DNA of 64,000 bases from Octopus sinensis (Eukaryota), in contig NC_042998.1 of assembly GCF_006345805.1 (NCBI RefSeq), forward strand, positions 91,636,001-91,700,000, in the 5' to 3' direction. Position 1 is the first letter of the stretch, and every line of letters starts with the position of its first letter. Positions 1 to 12,920 of this stretch are shown one piece after another. Under the pieces are notes generated by a model that saw only the letters and a list, made by a program, of their open reading frames with translations, was not told the origin of the DNA and did not search any database. Both the position numbers and the translations under genes were made by a program.

Positions 1-96
1 CTTCTTCACAATTTAATAATTTCTTTATTGATTATATTTATTGTATTATCATTATGTTATACTTGTATTTATATATTATGTTTATTCTATGTTTAG

Positions 97-173
97 TCTT
101 TCAAAGTTGGTGACAGTATGGAATTGAAGTGCAAATTCAGTGGTGAACCAAAGCCAACTGTCAAGTGGTTTAA
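97..173 (+). CDS. Exon 1 in window: Ig 5' half (77 nt, phase 0-2)
   Basis: tttag|TCT...TTTAA|gtgag; SFKVGDSMELKCKFSGEPKPTVKWF. Confidence 0.9.
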
Positions 174-1126
174 GTGAGTATTCTTTCCACAAGAATTTAA
201 ATTAAAGTTTCAATCTCAATTCTGACTTGAAATAATAGAAATATTAAGATATGAAGAATAAAAATAACCAACACTTATCTAAAGAGAATTATGATAATGA
301 ATGAAATAAGAAGGTTTTTTTACTTCAAATATAATCAACTTATAATTTATTTTCATGGTTAGTGTCTGTTGTCATTCATGTTTTTTCCTAAAATGTATTT
401 TCATTCCGGCCCTATGAATACATTTGGTTATAAAAGTCTTCTATTTGTAATCTAGTCCAGTTTAATTGTAAATCATTCAAAGTTTCATAAAACCTGATTA
501 TTGTTTTAAGGCTATAACTTCTCTCAGCATACATACTTGAAATAGTATTAAATTAAAATAACTAAGTGCATAACAAAATGTACATAGAAAAAGAGAATGG
601 CATTAGTCATCTCAGAGAGACTCCTTATCAGCAAATCATCAGATGCCAGTTACAATATAGAAATCAGAAACAAAGCAGTTACTGATTTGTGCGGAAGCTG
701 GACAAGCTTAAATTAAATATACACACTTGAAACAGCATTAGATTAAAATAATGGTGTGTGTGCCATTTACTATGTTTATACAAGCATAGAACAGTTCTAG
801 CTGTAATATTTTGTTTCAGAGAAACTTCTCTTAAGGGAATTTGAGTTTTAAAAATGTCATCAGAGGATCATCAGATATTCGTGTTTTGGCCTGGTTTAGC
901 CTCATCACTGATAAATAGCCCTGGGAAAATAACTAATTATTACATTAGAATTGACATATATGCTCTTCAAAATTTAATAATGGGAAAACAAAACTCATTT
1001 ACCTACCATTTTAAATAAATTAATATTTATTATAGATATATAGTCTTTATATTCCTATATCTTATGTAGTGATGCAAGAAAATTATGTTTTATGTAGATA
1101 TATAAGAAAATTATATATTTTTTCAG

Positions 1127-2255
1127 GAATGGAAAAGAAATCAGGCCAACCTCACTTACCAAAATTATTCAAGATGGTGAAGTGTGTACTTTAAAAACCA
1201 ATAAATTCACAAAGAATGATGTTGGTGTTTACAAGTGTGTTGTCACAAACACTGTTGGTTCTGTTGAATGTGAAGCTACTATTACACTTGATGAAGAAAA
1301 GCCTAAGGAACGCAAACCTGAATTTGAAGAAATCTTTACATCAGCCAATATCAAATTGAACGAACCATTGGAACTGAAATGTAAAGTAACAGGTGAACCA
1401 AAGCCTTCCATTAAGTGGTTTAAAGACAACAAGGAAATCAGACAAACCTCTCTCACCAAAATTATTCAAGATGGCTCAGTATATACTCTGAAAACTAGCA
1501 AATTCACTAAGAATGATGTCGGTGTTTACAAGTGTGTTGCTACAAATTCCACTGGCTCAGTTGAATGCGAAGCTACTATTACACTTGAGGAAGAAAAGAC
1601 ACGCAAACCTGAATTTGAAGAAATCTTTACATCAGCCACTTTCAAATTGAATGAACCATTGGAGCTGAAATGTAAGGTAACAGGTGAACCAAAGCCTACC
1701 ATTAAGTGGTTTAAAGACAACAAGGAAATCAAACAAACCTCTCTCACCAAAATTATTCAAGATGGCTCAGTATATACTCTAAAAACCAGTAAATTCACAA
1801 AGAATGATGTCGGTGTTTACAAGTGTGTTGCTACAAATTCTTCTGGTTCAGTTGAATGCGAAGCTACTATTACACTTGAGGAAGAAAAGACACGCAAACC
1901 TGAATTTGAAGAAATCTTCACATCAGCTACTATCAAATTGAATGAACCATTGGAGCTGAAATGTAAGGTAACAGGTGAACCAAAGCCTACCATTAAGTGG
2001 TTTAAAGACAACAAAGAAATTAAGCCAACATCACTTACCAAAATTACTCAAGATGGTACTATATGTATATTAAAAACAACTAAATTCACTAAGAATGAAG
2101 TCGGTGTTTACAAGTGTGTTGCTACAAATTCCACTGGTTCAGTTGAATGTGAAGCTACTATCACACTTGAGGAAGAAAAACCAAAGGAAGCCAAACCAGA
2201 ACAGAAGAAACCTGAACAGAAGAAACCTGAATTTGTAGAAGTTCTTCAACCAACT
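1127..2255 (+). CDS. Exon 2: 1129-nt fused exon with one Ig 3' half, three near-identical full Ig domains (291-nt period) and a KPEQK linker
   Basis: tttcag|G...CCAACT|gtaag; overlaps ORF 1182..2273. Confidence 0.93.
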
Positions 2256-2381
2256 GTAAGTATTTCATTCTGAATCCTGAAATTTTTTTCCGTTTTAGTA
2301 TTTTTTTTATATGTCAGTAAAATCTGAGTTTTGCTTTTTATAGTTAGACACTTATTCATTGATTTTTAATTTTCATTTCAG

Positions 2382-2458
2382 AGCATCAAAAATGAAGAAA
2401 GTTTGAATTTGGTGTGCAAAGTTACTGGTGAACCCAAACCGACCATCAAATGGTTCAA
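2382..2458 (+). CDS. Exon 3: Ig 5' half (77 nt)
   Basis: ttcag|AGC...TTCAA|gtaag; SIKNEESLNLVCKVTGEPKPTIKWF. Confidence 0.9.
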
Positions 2459-2897
2459 GTAAGTTTTTTGTTTCTTAAAATATTTATATGCATAATGGTA
2501 ATTATTAGAATATACTTATTTAAAATTCCACTACATTAAGATATTTGAAAAAAGTTTAATGCTAAAAACACTTTACTATTATCTCTATTGAGAAATTGAT
2601 TGCAAACAATGTACAACATTAAAAAAAAATTCTGGTTAATATCTCTGGTGCACATATCTTATACTTAACTTTTTAAGGTATGTTGGTATTGAATAGCTCA
2701 GTCAGCTATTTAAAACAAATCTCTGCCATGAAAGTGGCCAGTCAAATGCAAGGAACAAGCTATTGTTCCAGCACCCTTATATAGTTTCAGGACAATACTT
2801 GTGATATGTTGGTTTCGTTAAGCATCATGATTTGATCCCAGTGAAGATGACCATCCAATTTAAGTTAGGACATCACTCCTTGGTTAGGATGCTAACC

Positions 2898-3130
2898 AAG
2901 GCGAGCGAAGGCAGAAACATTAGCACGCTGGGCAAAATGCCTAGTGGTATTTCGTCTGTCTTTACGTTCTGAGTTCAAATTCCACCGAGGTTGACTTTGC
3001 CTTTCATCATTTTGGGGGTTGATAAATTAAGTATCAGTTACACACTGGGGTCGATATAATCGACTTAATCCCTTTGTCTGTCCTTGTTTGTCCCCTCTGT
3101 TTAGCCCCTTGTGGGCAATAAAGAAATAAG
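2898..3130 (+). mobile_element. SINE-like family B with target-site duplication
   Basis: Homologous to 49084-49300 (+) and 52066-52288 (-); B-box-like GAGTTCAAATTCC; flanked by direct repeat AGGATGCTAACC (2886-2897 and 3129-3140). Confidence 0.8.
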
Positions 3131-3579
3131 GATGCTAACCTATCACTGATAGCATTTCCAAATGAACTGAATAAATTGCTCTGCTCAGCAACACAACAAA
3201 AGCAATTCTGTTCAGTTATGCAATCTACTTATATTTCTCAGTTAGTAATAATCTTCTTACTTTCTTTAAATTTGGATCACTTATTAAAAAGAAAGGATTA
3301 AATGGATTTTAAGAGGCTTGAACCATATATAAAATATTTGTGTTTGCAAGAAGATGATTTTGAAATACATGACAATATTAGAACATAATAGAGGAAAATT
3401 GTGCTTTTGTTATTTTAGATTTTTAAAATTTTATCATATGTTGATGTAAAATTTCTACTTGTATTCTCAGAAAACTGGATGAAATTTAATTTCATATTTT
3501 GTAATTTTTTTTGCATTTAGATTTCACCTTAAGATTGAGATAAATATTAAAAGAAATATCTCTTTATATTTCATTACAG

Positions 3580-3746
3580 AGACAATGTTGAAATTAAGCC
3601 AACTATTAAATATAAGATGTCACAAGAGGGAGATGTATGCACTTTGAAAATGGCTAAATTTACTAAAGCAGATGCAGGCATTTATAAATGTCTTGCAACT
3701 AATCCTGCAGGATCAACAAGTTGTGAAGCTTCAGTTACCTTATTTG
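3580..3746 (+). CDS. Exon 4: Ig 3' half (167 nt, phase 2-1)
   Basis: ttacag|A...TTTG|gtatgt; DNVEIKPT...DAGIYKCLATNPAGSTSCEASVTLF. Confidence 0.9.
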
Positions 3747-4108
3747 GTATGTAAAATCTTGCTGTTTTTTTTTTAGTAAAAAAAGTAGTTTTTTTTTAAA
3801 AATCCAATAGTTAATTCTATTTTCTAAAACAGAAACAAAACATATTCATTGCATTTTTGAATTATGACTATCTTGTATGCATTTTTGCTTTGGCATAATT
3901 GCTCTATACATGACAGTAAAGCATATTCATAAGTATATCATTCATATTAATGATATTCAGGTAAAATGATATTCCAGTCAAGAAAGTAATATTCTAAAAA
4001 ATTACGTAAAATTCATATTTATTTATAAAGTTTAATTCAAATTGAACCTATAATATGTATATGTATATTTACAAACCTAATATGATACTCTTTTAATTGA
4101 ATTATTAG

Positions 4109-4146
4109 AACAAGCTCCAGAATTTGTTAAAGTCCTTGAACCAGCT
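4109..4146 (+). CDS. Exon 5: 38-nt micro-exon (Ig A strand, phase 1-0)
   Basis: attag|AA...CCAGCT|gtaag; EQAPEFVKVLEPA. Confidence 0.85.
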
Positions 4147-4251
4147 GTAAGTAGAATATTTTGTCTATATTTATTCAAATTATTCTTAATATAATAAGAT
4201 TTATTATTTATTTGAATTATATTTAAACTATCCTAATATTTTACATTTTAG

Positions 4252-4328
4252 ACTGTGAAGACAAATGAAGTTGTAGAACTGACATGTGAAGTCACTGGTG
4301 AACCTAAACCAACAATTAAATGGTTTAA
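4252..4328 (+). CDS. Exon 6: Ig 5' half (77 nt)
   Basis: tttag|ACT...TTTAA|gtaag; TVKTNEVVELTCEVTGEPKPTIKWF. Confidence 0.9.
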
Positions 4329-4381
4329 GTAAGTTAGACATTTTTATCTAGCGTGAAATCCCTGTATATGTTTTTCTTTCA

Positions 4382-4780
4382 GCAGGTGCAGGCATGGCTG
4401 TGTGGTAAGAAGCTTGCTTCCAGCCATGTAGTGCTATGTTCAATCTCACTGCATGGCAACTTGGGCAAGTGTCTTCTGCTATAATCTTGGGCCAACCAAA
4501 GCCTTGTGAGTCAATTTAGTTGATAGAAACTTAAAGAAGCCCACTGTGTGTGCATCTTTGTGTCTGTGTTTGTCCCTGCACCACATGACAGCTGATGGTG
4601 GTGTGTTTATGTCACCATAACTTAGCAGTTTAGCAAAAAGAGAGACTAATAAAATAAGTACCACACTCAGAAAATAAAAATAAGTACTAGATTTGATTTC
4701 TTCGACTAAACATTCTTCAGGGTAGTGCTCCAGCATGGCTCTAGTCTAATGACTGAAACAAGCTAAAGATGAGAGATAAA
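4382..4780 (+). mobile_element. SINE-like family A (GGCTGTGTGGTAAG head ... GACTGAAAC tail)
   Basis: Homologous to copies at 5163, 16845, 18255 and 39975; internal (GT)n-like tract. Confidence 0.75.
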
Positions 4781-5133
4781 GAAAGTTAAGCATATCAGTC
4801 TTACCAGTTTCATAGGGCCTGCAAATGCTATGACACTACTCCTTAAAAGAAATTATACTGTTATATAAACCATACAGTGATTACAATATTGAATATTTCC
4901 TTTGTTACAAACTTAAGGCTTTTCTTCTTGATTTATTACCTTTTTATATAGATAGAACTAGTAGAATTGGACAGTTCTCCCTATATATTCTTGAAATTAT
5001 CTCTGTTTCAGTCAGTTGAATATTAAATAGCATAAAAAAAGAAAGAAGATCCAAGTTTGCTATTAAACCATGGGCTGCATAGCTAAAGCTTTACCATAAT
5101 AGTTAATAACTACTCTTTACCAGTAACAACTGG

Positions 5134-5580
5134 TAGGAGTGGCTATGTGCTAAGTAGCTAGGCGTAGGAGTGGCTGTGTGGTAAGTAGCTTGCTTACGAA
5201 CCACACTGTTCCGGGTTCAGTCCCACTGTGTGGTACCTTGGGCAAGGGACTTCTATTATAGCCTCAGGCCGACCAAAGCCTAGTGAGTGGATTTGGTAGA
5301 CAAAAACTGAAAGAAGCCCATCGTATGTATATATATATATGTGTGTGTGTGTGTATGTTTGTGTGTCTGTGTTTGTCCACCCTCCAACATTGCTTGACAA
5401 CCAATGCTGGTGTGTTTATGTCCCTGTAACTTAGCATTTCAGCAAAAGAGACCAATAGAATAAGTACTAGAGTACTAGGCTTACAAAGAATAAGTCCTGG
5501 GGGCGATTTGCTCGACTAAAGGTAGTGCTTCAGCATGGCCACAGTCAATATGACTGACAAGTAAAAGAGTAAAAGAGTAA
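5134..5580 (+). mobile_element. SINE-like family A with duplicated 5' head
   Basis: GTAGGAGTGGCT(A/G)TGTG..AAGTAGCT occurs twice in tandem (about 5134 and 5164); B-box-like GGGTTCAGTCCC; internal (TA)(TG) tract. Confidence 0.8.
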
Positions 5581-5717
5581 TACATTGGTATTCCAGATGT
5601 AAAGATTCTTTAAATGTGAGCAAGATAAATGAATGTGGGGTTTTATATAATTAATTTTGTCAAATTTTATTTATTTCATTTTAATATATCTTGTGAATTT
5701 TTTTTCTTATATTACAG

Positions 5718-5884
5718 AAATGATAAGGAGATTAAAAACACTTCCAAATCTCCAATTACTCGCCAAGAAAATGTTTGCACCTTGAAAATACCTACATTCA
5801 CAAAACCAGAAGCTGGTATATACAAATGTGTTGCTACTAATTCAGCTGGCTCAGCAGAATGTGAAGCTACAATCAATCTATTTG
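5718..5884 (+). CDS. Exon 7: Ig 3' half (167 nt)
   Basis: ttacag|A...TTTG|gttag; NDKEIKNT...EAGIYKCVATNSAGSAECEATINLF. Confidence 0.9.
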
Positions 5885-6636
5885 GTTAGTATATGTTGTA
5901 AACAAAGATGTTTTCTTGAAGTACAATGTTCTTTTGTGAGATGGGATTTTTAAATGGTAAGATTAAAGAATTATTAGCCTCAGGGCTGAGAAAGCATAAA
6001 ATAAAGGAAAAAACACCAAAAGAATATCCATATGCTTCGCTAAATTCTTTTACATGAGTCTTTTAGATGGATGGACCTTTGAAAACACTTGAGAAGTTTG
6101 TCTCCAAAAATTAAAATTTCCCAAATCCATCTATCCACTATATTATTAAGATATATATGACATACAAGTTTTAAAAAATTGGAAAGAATTTTATATATAT
6201 AGCATGTAAAATATAGATCTCCTCTTACCATATGAACATAAGTAAGATGTATGATTCTTCCTCTTTAAAAAAAAAAAAGGCTGGGGAGAATGTTTCTGTA
6301 CAAAAATATAGTTAGATATCTTTTGAAAAATTTTGAAATTTGCATACTGTTGTAGCAGTTTATTCACATGTGCATGTGATTTATGTAATAGATACATTCA
6401 AAATAACTCTTTATGGTTTTTCTAGGTATATGTTTTTTTTTTCTGATATCCCTTGAAATTTTGCCATGTTTATAATAGGTAGATATTTGTTTGTTGCATA
6501 AAAGGATAACAGAACTACAGAATACAATGTTTCCAAGTTTTAGATTATTCTGGACAGAATATTATCCTGTGGATTTAAAGCATACCAAATTATGTAAATG
6601 TGTGTAATTAATGTTTTTAATTTTTAATTTTTCCAG

Positions 6637-6674
6637 AGCAAAAGCCAGAATTTGAAGAAATTCTTCAACCTGTG
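6637..6674 (+). CDS. Exon 8: 38-nt micro-exon
   Basis: ttccag|AG...CCTGTG|gtagg; EQKPEFEEILQPV. Confidence 0.85.
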
Positions 6675-6911
6675 GTAGGTTACAGATTTTCTTTTCTATC
6701 AGTTTAATATCTTGTTACTATAACGCTTTTGGTACATATTTATAAATGATTTGTAACTCATAATAAGAATGATAAGAGACCATTTCTACCTTGGTGCAAA
6801 TAACTTTGTTCACACAGAGAACTTTATTAAAAGGGCACCATTCTTTGTCAATGTTAACATATTTAAATATGTGTAAATATAAGGTAATACATTCATATCT
6901 AAATTTTTCAG

Positions 6912-6988
6912 ACTCTGAAGGCTGATGAACCATTAGAGCTTAAGTGCACAGTAATTGGTGAACCCAAACCAACTGTTAAATGGTTTAA
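6912..6988 (+). CDS. Exon 9: Ig 5' half (77 nt)
   Basis: tttcag|ACT...TTTAA|gtaag; TLKADEPLELKCTVIGEPKPTVKWF. Confidence 0.9.
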
Positions 6989-7299
6989 GTAAGTATATAC
7001 ACTTTTTATCAATATATGTATGAATATATGTATAAATGATAAATATGTATGCATTTATTCTTTTGAATTATTATTTAGTTGGTCTATGCAGCATTTGCAC
7101 TCACGACATTCCAAAGTGTAACAGTAAATAATACGCATGTATATAAAGCACAATGTGATTCAGAGTATCTGAAACATAAATAATTTAGATAATTCTATAG
7201 TTATTTATTTGAAAGCCTTAACTGGGGATTGAAGTTATGTGAAAAAATTCCATTGTTCTCTAAAGTAACAAAAATATAATTGTAATGAGACAAAGGATG

Positions 7300-8190
7300 T
7301 ATTTAGAAGCAGATGGGAAGATTCTTTGAGTGAGGGCTTGTGTGAATGTGCTACATCTTGAAACATTATGGGAGCAGAAACTTTTGTAGCAGCAGTAAAA
7401 ACCTAGATAAAAGAAGCAGCATGTAGGTGAGTAAGTCATTGCAGCATCAGCCCAGCAATGTTATCTTTTTAAATGATGCTAGTGCAAGAGTTATAGGAAA
7501 ATTGGCTACAATTTCCAGCAGACTTAATGGGCATGTAGATGCTCTCTCATGGGTCAGCTGAACATTTGTTTAGTTGTGTAGTATTTACATACAGGGAGAA
7601 TGTTGTGCATGTTTCTTTCCTTCATACATGTAGTATTTATGCTTACTTGCTGTTGATGCAGACTGTCATCATATTTCCATTGCAAGTTGATTTCAAAGTT
7701 GCTGCTTATGAAAGAAGTGGCAGTTTAATGTAAGGTTCTAGAGTTGATGTTGATAATGTCAATGTACTAAAGCTTAAGGAAGAGTGAGGGGCTCAGTACC
7801 ATCTTGTATGTAAATGTGTATATTGTTCTACAAGTAGTAGAGAATTGTTTATTAATGTATAAAAAGAAGAGATTTGAAGACATTACAGAGTCTTGAAGTA
7901 TACCAGAATTATAGAGTTGGCTGGTGTAATGGAGTCTAACAGAAAACACTTGATTCAAGAGATGATAGTTTAATGGAGCATGTAGACTAGTAACTTAACT
8001 TGGAGATTTTCATGGAAGGTATAGTCAAATGTCTTACTAATGTCAAGGTAAACCACATTGTTTTCACTGAAATTCTCAAAAATGAGACAACACTCAATCG
8101 AGACATAGGAGAACAAATATTCAGGAAATTTATTCAAGAGTTTAGTTGTATGTGTGCAGTTTAAATCTGCAAGCAAGATTAGGAGCAAAT
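7300..8190 (-). mobile_element. Decayed non-LTR retrotransposon RT fragment (CR1/Jockey-like)
   Basis: Minus-strand peptides NVVYLDISKTFD (about 8024-8056; cf. YLDFSKAFD) and SGILQDSVMSSNLFFLYIN (about 7860-7908; cf. SGVPQGSVLGPLLFLLYIND), in different frames. Confidence 0.7.
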
Positions 8191-8299
8191 GCAGTTACTT
8201 TATTTACAGGAATGCTTCTTACAAGTAAGAAATATATATTTCGATAATTCAATAAAAATTAATAATTACTAACTTTTAATCTTTAATAATTTTTTCCAG

Positions 8300-8466
8300 A
8301 GATAACAAGGAAATTAAGAATACTTCCAAGAACAAAATTACCATGGATGATAAAGTATGCTACATGAAAGTGCCTAAGTTTACCAAAGCAGAAGCTGGAA
8401 TATACAAATGTGTTGCTACAAACTCAGCTGGCACTGCTGAGTGTGAGGCATCTGTTGTTCTCTATG
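8300..8466 (+). CDS. Exon 10: Ig 3' half (167 nt)
   Basis: ttccag|A...TATG|gtcag; DNKEIKNT...EAGIYKCVATNSAGTAECEASVVLY. Confidence 0.9.
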
Positions 8467-8848
8467 GTCAGTTCATTTTATAATTAATATACTTGTTAAT
8501 ATTTGATTAATTTTATAATGAATTTTATAATTAATATATTTGTTAATATTTAATTAAATATATGGCCTTGTATCAAAATTTAAAATCAACATTTAATTAA
8601 ACATGATTTTATTTGAAGAAATGTTAAAGATTATTATTACTTAGATTAATTGCATGGCAATTAAACAAGTGCCCACTTTGAAATCTTATATGCCTCAATT
8701 TCAAAATTAATGATTGGTAGGTAGTATAGATGCATTTTCAGAGCATATATGGTGATGAAATATTGAGATACTAATCTTAAAGAAGTGTTTCAGCAATGAA
8801 AATTCATTCAATGTATTTATTTATTTATTTAAATAATATTAATTGCAG

Positions 8849-8886
8849 AACGCAAGCCAGAATTTGTAGAAGTATTGCAACCAGTG
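8849..8886 (+). CDS. Exon 11: 38-nt micro-exon
   Basis: ttgcag|AA...CCAGTG|gtaag; ERKPEFVEVLQPV. Confidence 0.85.
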
Positions 8887-9129
8887 GTAAGTGAAGTTCC
8901 TTTGATAATTATTATTAATGACATATATTTATATATTTAGTGCATGTTAAAAATGATTTTTATTACCATTAAAAACTTAACAATAGTTTCACTGAAATAA
9001 TTCTTCTTTGCATTTATATTTAAATTTCTTTAAGGAATATATTATTTCAGAAATTTCTTAATATTTGTTATATTCTACTAATATATTGAATTTTATAATA
9101 CATGGAATTTATATTTGCTTGAAATTTAG

Positions 9130-9206
9130 ACAAAGAAAGCTGATGAAGAAGTAGAAATGAGATGTAAAGTAACTGGTGACCCTAAACCTACAGTGAAATG
9201 GTTCAA
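9130..9206 (+). CDS. Exon 12: Ig 5' half (77 nt)
   Basis: tttag|ACA...TTCAA|gtaag; TKKADEEVEMRCKVTGDPKPTVKWF. Confidence 0.9.
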
Positions 9207-9439
9207 GTAAGTCAACAACTTTTATAATTTTTACATGCTTTAATAAGTACAAAAATAGGAATAAGATAATTCAATATAAGAGTCCCAAATGTTTAAGGGC
9301 TATAGAAAGGTGTAACTATATTCATATCTATCATGCATAACAGGAAACAAGCTTATTTTTCACTCTTATTAATTATGAACAATCTTTTACAAAATTTCCA
9401 AAGTTGTTTCAAGTGCTAAGTTTCACAGTCCCTGATCAT

Positions 9440-9850
9440 CTTTCATAGTAAACCCACATATAAGCTTTGCCAAAATTGTGTCATAAAGAATCAGTTTCTT
9501 TTTTAGTGTCACAAAATATTTCGGCCCTTATTAATCACTCATACTCTTCAAGGCTCAACTAAGACCTACAGCAGAGTATTGCTCATATGCATGAGATGGT
9601 GAGGCTACTGCACACAAACATCCCAAACAAGCTACCTGCATAGCCTCTCCACCTTCTCATTATTCTTATCAGACTTAATGTATATCACTTTCTAGGACTT
9701 ATACAAAACACTTTGTTATCTGCATCATCCCCAGAATCTCAACTCTAAAATTATTATCACAGCCATGATTTTAGTGAAGAGATAACTCAACCACATAAAT
9801 GTGACCAGCCATGAAAGGCTTGTAAAAGTCATAGTCACTAAACTTCTATG
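9440..9850 (+). mobile_element. Decayed LINE RT C-terminal fragment
   Basis: KAQLRPTAEYCSYA*DG at about 9550-9600 resembles the (Y)KAQxRPxxEYCSxxW motif of CR1/Jockey-type RTs; in-frame stop at the W position. Confidence 0.5.
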
Positions 9851-10158
9851 AAAAAAAAATCTTTAAATCAAAATTGTTAGAAATGGTTATTAGTTTTGAA
9901 CAACGGTTGTAAAACAAAAGGTACATCATTTATATAAGATATGTATAAAATCACATGTTTATTTATTTAATATACCTTTATTAGTTGTGATGCATGAAAC
10001 AAAATTTACAAGTACAAGGAAGAATGATAAATTATTTTACCATTGAAGTTTTCAGCTTCCTAGTGATAAAAAATGCAGATTTAATTAATTTATGATACAA
10101 ACATAATCTACAAGAAATATAATGTATTTTCTTAAAATGGCTTTATTTTTATTTATAG

Positions 10159-10325
10159 GGATGGCAAAGAAATAAAGACTTCTTCCAAATATAAAATCTC
10201 AACAGAGGAAGATGTTTGCATTTTGAAAATACTAAAATTTGCAAAGCCTGATAGTGGCGTATACAAATGTGTTGCAACTAATTCCGCTGGTTCAGCAGAA
10301 TGTGAAGCACCTGTTAATATCTATG
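10159..10325 (+). CDS. Exon 13: Ig 3' half (167 nt)
   Basis: ttatag|G...TATG|gtaag; DGKEIKTS...DSGVYKCVATNSAGSAECEAPVNIY. Confidence 0.9.
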
Positions 10326-11131
10326 GTAAGTTACAATATAATGTATATATACATCTTGCTGTATTTTATTTAAAGTTTTATGTTCAATTGTATACTACAG
10401 AATAAGGCTTGAGAGTATATGTGGCCATGTTCTAGAAATGCATGCCTGTACTATCATATTTGTATTATATTAATATTATTATATTTCACATCTTCCATAC
10501 TATTTATAAAAAATAGTTGTACATTGCAAGCCAATAAGAGAACCTCATGTGATTGCTCAGCTTGCTGGGAATAGCAGCCAAATATCCCTCAAATTAAATC
10601 CTACTGTACAAAGAAAATTACATTGAATAATGTAGTCTACTGCCCCCCCCCTCTAAACAAAATTATTAATGCTGGATTGTCTTTGATCATAGGCCTGCTT
10701 AATTGGGGCTGACCTGGAGTTAAACAATATAGTAACAAATACTATAATTATACGGTTTTAATTGAATATGTCATATCATAATTTATCTTGCATATTACAT
10801 AAATTCCATCTTAACTATGTCGCATAAGATAGGCATTTTTGGCTCAAAGAGAATCGAATAAATGTTTCAAAAAATTCAAATAAAATTATAATTAAGAACA
10901 TTATTTGTATTCTTAGTATCAATTATATATGTACACAAAAATAATGTTTCTTTATTACATGTTACACATCCAGAGTTATAAAATGTTTCCTGGTTTAAAG
11001 AAGGTAGAATATAAGCTTGAATGTAATTTACTATTAAATTTTACATATTAAATTCAATTAACTTTTAGATTTGCTTATGAAAAAAATGGAATAATAATAT
11101 GTGATTAAACTTCTATTTTCAATTTTAACAG

Positions 11132-11169
11132 AAGTAAAACCAGAATTTGAAGAAGTCATTCAACCTTCT
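11132..11169 (+). CDS. Exon 14: 38-nt micro-exon
   Basis: taacag|AA...CCTTCT|gtaag; EVKPEFEEVIQPS. Confidence 0.85.
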
Positions 11170-11690
11170 GTAAGTATCCATTATATTGGCAATTTTAACA
11201 CTAAGTTAAAATGTTAACATATATTTCAATTAATAGTTCCTGTCAATGTGTTAGACCTATTTTTTGGAAGTATGGATATTAATATTAAAATAAATATAGA
11301 TTTTATATATATATATACCAATTAATGACTGACAATACATTCACATATCTCTGTGCGAGTTATTTTTTTAATTTCATGTTAAAACAATTGTAGTATAATT
11401 ATGTCTTAAAATACCTGTTGTTATCCACTTTTTAGAATATATATCTTCCAACTTGAACCTATTAATTACCTGCTAAAACGTTTCAGTACAAATTATATTA
11501 GACACTTGAAGCAGCGACTTAAAGCAGAAAAGAACAACAATTGCATCAATAGCACCATTGATCTTTTCTGTCACAAATTAGTGATTATGTCTACTATTAT
11601 CAATTGGTCTAGTACCTAATTAGAAGAAAGCATTCTTACTATTTCTTCAAAATAATTGATAAATATCAATAATTTTTTTTAATGATTCAG

Positions 11691-11767
11691 GTACTGAAGA
11701 TTAATGAAGAGTTAGTGTTGAAAAGCAAAGTTACTGGTGAACCTAAGCCTACTGTGAAATGGTTCAA
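11691..11767 (+). CDS. Exon 15: Ig 5' half (77 nt); B-strand Cys replaced by Ser
   Basis: attcag|GTA...TTCAA|gtaag; VLKINEELVLKSKVTGEPKPTVKWF. Confidence 0.88.
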
Positions 11768-11827
11768 GTAAGTATATGTAACCCTTTTAACACCTATTTA
11801 CTCACCACTACCATCATCAACACCACC

Positions 11828-11858
<31 letters not shown>

Positions 11859-12099
11859 CTTAAATTCTGTCGCTGACACAGGCTGGATGGTTTGACAGGA
11901 TCTGAAGGTTGGAGGACTGCATCAGGCTCCAATGTCTGTTATGGTTTGGTTTCTATGACTGGATGCCTTTCCTAATGCTAACCACTCTGCAGTATATACA
12001 GTACTTTCTCATGGCCCCTGCTTATGTGCTTATTAGTCCTATAATAAGTTTGTACTGATAAGTTTCTATTAATCTAATTTTTATTTGTTTCATAACCAG

Positions 12100-12920
12100 G
12101 GATGGCAAAGAAGTAAGAAACACAGCTAAGAGTGTTATAACTCAAGATGGGCAACAGTGCACTCTGAAAATACCAAAGATTTCAAAGACAGATATTGGTC
12201 TTTATAAATGTGTTGCAACAAACCCTGCTGGATCTGCTGAATGTGAAGCTCCTGTTTCACTTGAAGAAGAAAAGCCAGCAGAAAAGAAACCAGAGGAAAA
12301 GAAACCAGAAGAAAAGAAGCCAGAGCAAAAGAAACCTGTATTTGAAGAGATCTTCAGTTCAACAATCATCAAGGTGAATGACATTTTGGAATTGAAATGT
12401 AAGGTAACTGGTGAACCGAAACCTACCATCAAGTGGTTTAAAGATAACAAAGAAATTAAGCCAACATCTCTTACCAAACTTACTCAAGATGGCCAAGTGT
12501 GCATATTAAAAACCAGTAAATGCACAAAGAATGATGTTGGTGTTTACAAATGTGTTGCCACAAACCCTGCTGGATCTGCTGAGTGTGAAGCTACTATAAC
12601 ACTTGAGGAAGAAAAACCAAAAGAAAAGAAACCAGAGCAAAAGAAACCAGAATTTGAAGAGATCTTCCCATCAGTATCCCTTAAACCTAATGACGTTTTG
12701 GAACTGAAATGCAAGGTAACTGGTGAACCAAAGCCTACTATTAAGTGGTTTAAAGACAACAAAGAAATTAAACCAACATCACTTACCAAACTCACACAAG
12801 ATGGCCCTGTATGTGTACTAAAAACCAGCAAATTCTCCAAGAATGAAGTTGGTGTTTACAAATGTCTTGCCACAAATCCTGCTGGTTCTGCAGAATGTGA
12901 AGCCACTGTTTCACTTGAAG
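12100..12920 (+). CDS. Exon 16: 821-nt fused exon (Ig 3' half plus two full Ig domains with KPE(E/Q)K linkers)
   Basis: aaccag|G...GAAG|gtcag; includes ORF 12374..12928. Confidence 0.92.

Noticed and set aside
1229-2041. Three repeated minus-strand ORFs (MVREVCLISLLSLNHL...), also at 12202-12840
   Set aside because: They are antisense shadows of the tandem Ig repeats and recur only because the + strand unit recurs.
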